DNA of 64,000 nucleotides from Escherichia coli (GTDB lineage Bacteria; Pseudomonadota; Gammaproteobacteria; Enterobacterales; Enterobacteriaceae): NCBI RefSeq assembly GCF_016026235.1, contig NZ_CP065613.1; one strand, 5' to 3'. Shown piece by piece: positions 61,023 to 64,000 of this stretch (position 1 is its first letter; each line of letters starts with the position of its first letter). The notes under the pieces were generated by a model. It saw only the letters and a program-made list of their open reading frames with translations, ran no database searches and was not told where the DNA came from. The position numbers and the translations under genes were made by a program.

Positions 61023-61626
61023 AATTCACAGGTGTTTTTTCCCATCCTGTGGTTTCCTTGGCGTTTTCTAGGTTTTTTCAGATAGTTGCATTTTTTAAAA
61101 AGCATCCTAAGTTCGATCTCAGTGTCTATCTGGGGCCTATTTCTGTCCCATATATGCCCCAAAAAAAACTCCCCAACAGATAAGTAGTTTTTTCATGGAT
61201 TTATGCGTAAAATCAAGAACGGCTGGAAATCATTCAATACTCACACTATCGAAAAATTTACCAGCCAACCGCAGCACGTTCTTGCATAAGGCGTGTCTGC
61301 GGTTTTTCAACTATTCAGATACATCACTCCCATCACATTCATTCCTCCGCATCAAAGGCATATAGGCTATATCACCTTGATATTTTTCTTTTTCAGATAA
61401 AAACTGTTATCTATGTATACTTTTAAACCCAATCCGTGTAGAGTCTCTGCATAAGATAGTTTACAGTTGCCGCTTCAGCTTGCGCCATAAACCGCCTGAT
61501 TTTTGCTGCCACCTGTTAGCATTCCTGTATACCTGAAACGACAATGTTTATCTACGAACTTTAAGAACACCCAAGATAAAAATTGTCAACTATATCATAT
61601 ATAACACATTACTAATTCGAGGCTAT

Positions 61627-61740
61627 ATGAACAGCATACTGATAATCACATCTCTCCTTATCATATTCAGCATTTTTAGTCATGCCCTAATAAAATTAGG
61701 GATTGGCATATCCAATAACCCAGACAAAACCGATGTATAA
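61627..61740 (+). CDS. candidate 37-aa small hydrophobic protein
   Basis: [43 protein letters not shown]; one predicted TM helix; below ORF-track cutoff. Confidence 0.3.
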
Positions 61741-61808
61741 GTCAACATATCCTGAATCAGACATACAATATCGCAATGAAAATCAATAATATTTTAAGGA
61801 ATATCTTC

Positions 61809-62042
61809 ATGAAATCAAAAGACACCCTAAAGTGGTTCCCTGCGCAGCTTCCTGAAGTAAGAATTATCCTAGGGGATGCTGTAGTGGAAGTAGCAAAACA
61901 GGGAAGACCTATCAATACCAGAACATTGCTTGATTACATTGAAGGAAACATAAAGAAAAAATCATGGCTGGATAACAAAGAATTATTACAAACAGCGATA
62001 TCAGTTCTTAAAGACAACCAAAATTTAAATGGTAAAATGTAA
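61809..62042 (+). CDS. ydfK: prophage-encoded 77-aa protein YdfK
   Basis: MKSKDTLKWFPAQLPEVRIILGDAVVEVAKQGRPINTRTLLDYIEG...; ORF track shows 88-aa upstream-extended version. Confidence 0.8.
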   Translation: MKSKDTLKWFPAQLPEVRIILGDAVVEVAKQGRPINTRTLLDYIEGNIKKKSWLDNKELLQTAISVLKDNQNLNGKM

Positions 62043-62358
62043 TATAATAAACTTACTTTTTTATCATTTTTCCACTTTAACAACATTTTGCTCCACTTTT
62101 CCACGACCAAACAACTTGAAATCTGGTTAAAATAACACGCAACACTATTCTTCTTCCTTGAGTCCGCCCGGAACTCGAAAAACAAACCGAGTTAAAGCCA
62201 TTTTTCACAAAATCGATTTTGGGTCTCACCAAAATTACGGGGTTGCATACGCATTCGTTTATTTTCGAACGTGTACATACAAATATGCACAAAAATAATC
62301 ATAATTATTTTCTGAGATGCATTATGATATGAACACCAATTTCGTATAGAGTCTCACT

Positions 62359-62949
62359 ATGTCTCGAATTTTTGCTTACTGTCGGATATCAACGCTGGAT
62401 CAGACCACCGAAAATCAACGCCGGGAAATCGAAAGTGCAGGTTTTAAAATCAAACCTCAGCAAATAATCGAAGAACACATTAGCGGCTCAGCAGCAACCA
62501 GTGAGCGTCCTGGTTTTAACCGGTTGCTTGCTCGCCTGAAATGTGGTGATCAATTGATTGTGACAAAACTGGATCGCCTTGGTTGTAATGCAATGGATAT
62601 CAGGAAAACAGTGGAACAACTGACCGAAACAGGTATCAGAGTGCATTGCTTAGCATTGGGTGGCATTGACCTGACCAGTCCAACAGGAAAAATGATGATG
62701 CAAGTAATTTCAGCAGTCGCTGAATTTGAACGAGACCTTTTACTTGAACGCACTCATTCCGGGATAGTAAGAGCCCGCGGCGCAGGGAAACGTTTTGGTC
62801 GACCACCTGTGTTAAATGAAGAACAGAAACAGGTGGTATTCGAACGAATTAAGTCAGGTGTAAGTATAAGTGCCATTGCCCGGGAATTCAAAACCTCGCG
62901 GCAAACCATTTTAAGAGCCAAAGCAAAACTTCAGACACCTGACATATAA
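62359..62949 (+). CDS. pinQ: serine-recombinase DNA invertase (Pin/Gin/Hin family)
   Basis: 196 aa; catalytic YCRISTLDQ serine motif at N-terminus, C-terminal HTH. Confidence 0.9.
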
Positions 62950-63046
62950 AAAATAATCTCGGTGTGAGATGCTTTACGTCTTCCAAGCCCCCTTCCTTGC
63001 CGTAAATGGAAAGATACATCTAATTATAGAATTTATATGTTTTACC

Positions 63047-63622
63047 CTACGGCAGTGCTGGCCATTCAATATCCTGTGCAGTTGACGTATCAACACGGTT
63101 CAGCAATACCCGATACTTTTTCCATGCTTCCAGCAACGAGATTTCTTCCTCCGTTGCAATTTCCAGATCTGCAGCATCCTGAAGCGGCGCAATATGCTCA
63201 CTGGCTACCTGCATCAGGTTGTTTTTTGTTTCTTCCGCCTCCCGGATCCGGAACAGTTTTTCTGCTTCCGTATCCTTCACCCAGGCTGTGCCGTTCCACT
63301 TCTGAAACTCCCCTTCCGGCGATAACCAGGTAACATTTTCCGGTAACGGACCGAGTTCAGAAATAAATAACGCGTCGCCGGAAGCCACGTCATAAACCGT
63401 TTTACCCCGATGATCTTCAACGAGATGCCACGATGACTCATCACTGTTGAAAACAGCCACGAAGCCAGCCGGAATATCTGGCGGTGCAATATCGGTACTG
63501 TTTGCTGGCAGACCTGTATGAGGCGGAATATATGCATCACCTTCACCAATAAATTCATTAGTTCCGGCCAGCAGATTATAAATTTTTATGGTCCGTGGTT
63601 GTTCACTCATTCTGAATGCCAT
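63047..63622 (-). CDS. tfaQ: phage tail fibre assembly protein
   Basis: 191-aa ORF; start overlaps upstream tail fibre stop. Confidence 0.85.
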
Positions 63623-64000
63623 TATGCAAGCCTCACAATATAGTTAAATGCGATGTTTTTGACGGTGTTTTCCGCGTTACCAGCAGCGTTAACGGTGATG
63701 GTGTGTCCATGTGAACCAATCGCAACGGAGTGCGTATGAGCACCAATACCGACAGTATGCGCGTGTGCACCTGCAGATGCTGCTGTGCCGGACAGTGAGT
63801 GGCTATGATTACCATCTGTACTGGTATTAGCTAACCACCCCGTAGACATACCTACTGAGCCTTGTACACCCCAGGTATTTTGACCTGAGCTTGTATAACC
63901 ATATTGATAAGTATCTTTAAAAACACTGGGGTTAAATCGACGGCCATCTCTATGGCTGTGATTACCAGCTGCATTCGTGCTGCCACTTAAACTATGGGTA
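63622..64000 (-). CDS. stfQ: side tail fibre protein, C-terminal part (5' end beyond window)
   Basis: Frame open to window end; His-rich repeats [24 protein letters not shown] typical of tail fibre tips. Confidence 0.75.

Overview
This window is an Enterobacterial (Escherichia coli-type) chromosomal segment, syntenic by my recollection with the K-12 ydeO-to-Qin-prophage region: ydeO-safA-ydeP acid-resistance genes, the ydeQRST fimbrial cluster, hipBA, the yneO autotransporter, the lsr AI-2 locus, tam, uxaB, glsB, sad, marCRAB, eamA, mgtS, dgcZ, dcp, ydfG-ydfJ, then the edge of a Qin-like prophage (ydfK, pinQ, tfaQ, stfQ). I found no single clearly undescribed system; the notable content is a set of lesions and accessory insertions. 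(1) An IS2 copy with a perfect 5-bp target duplication splits the adhesin gene ydeQ. (2) The fimbrial usher and chaperone are full length but the major pilin gene is 5'-truncated at a deletion junction next to hipA. (3) The autotransporter gene is hit three times: a 64-bp tandem duplication that frameshifts its extended signal peptide, an internal frameshift, and an IS110-family element whose long 5' non-coding end could encode a bridge-RNA-like ncRNA. (4) lsrA and lsrD each carry what looks like a GA/AG dinucleotide duplication frameshift while the rest of the lsr locus is intact. (5) A roughly 6.3-kb island between marB and eamA encodes a GntR regulator, PTS EIIB/EIIC/EIIA, a coiled-coil-extended sugar porin and a GH1 phospho-beta-glucosidase. 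(6) A PhoP-box-driven MgrR-like sRNA candidate lies between mgtS and dgcZ. No rRNA, tRNA or CRISPR array was seen. All comparisons to K-12 are from memory, and coordinates for features not in the ORF track may be off by a few bases.
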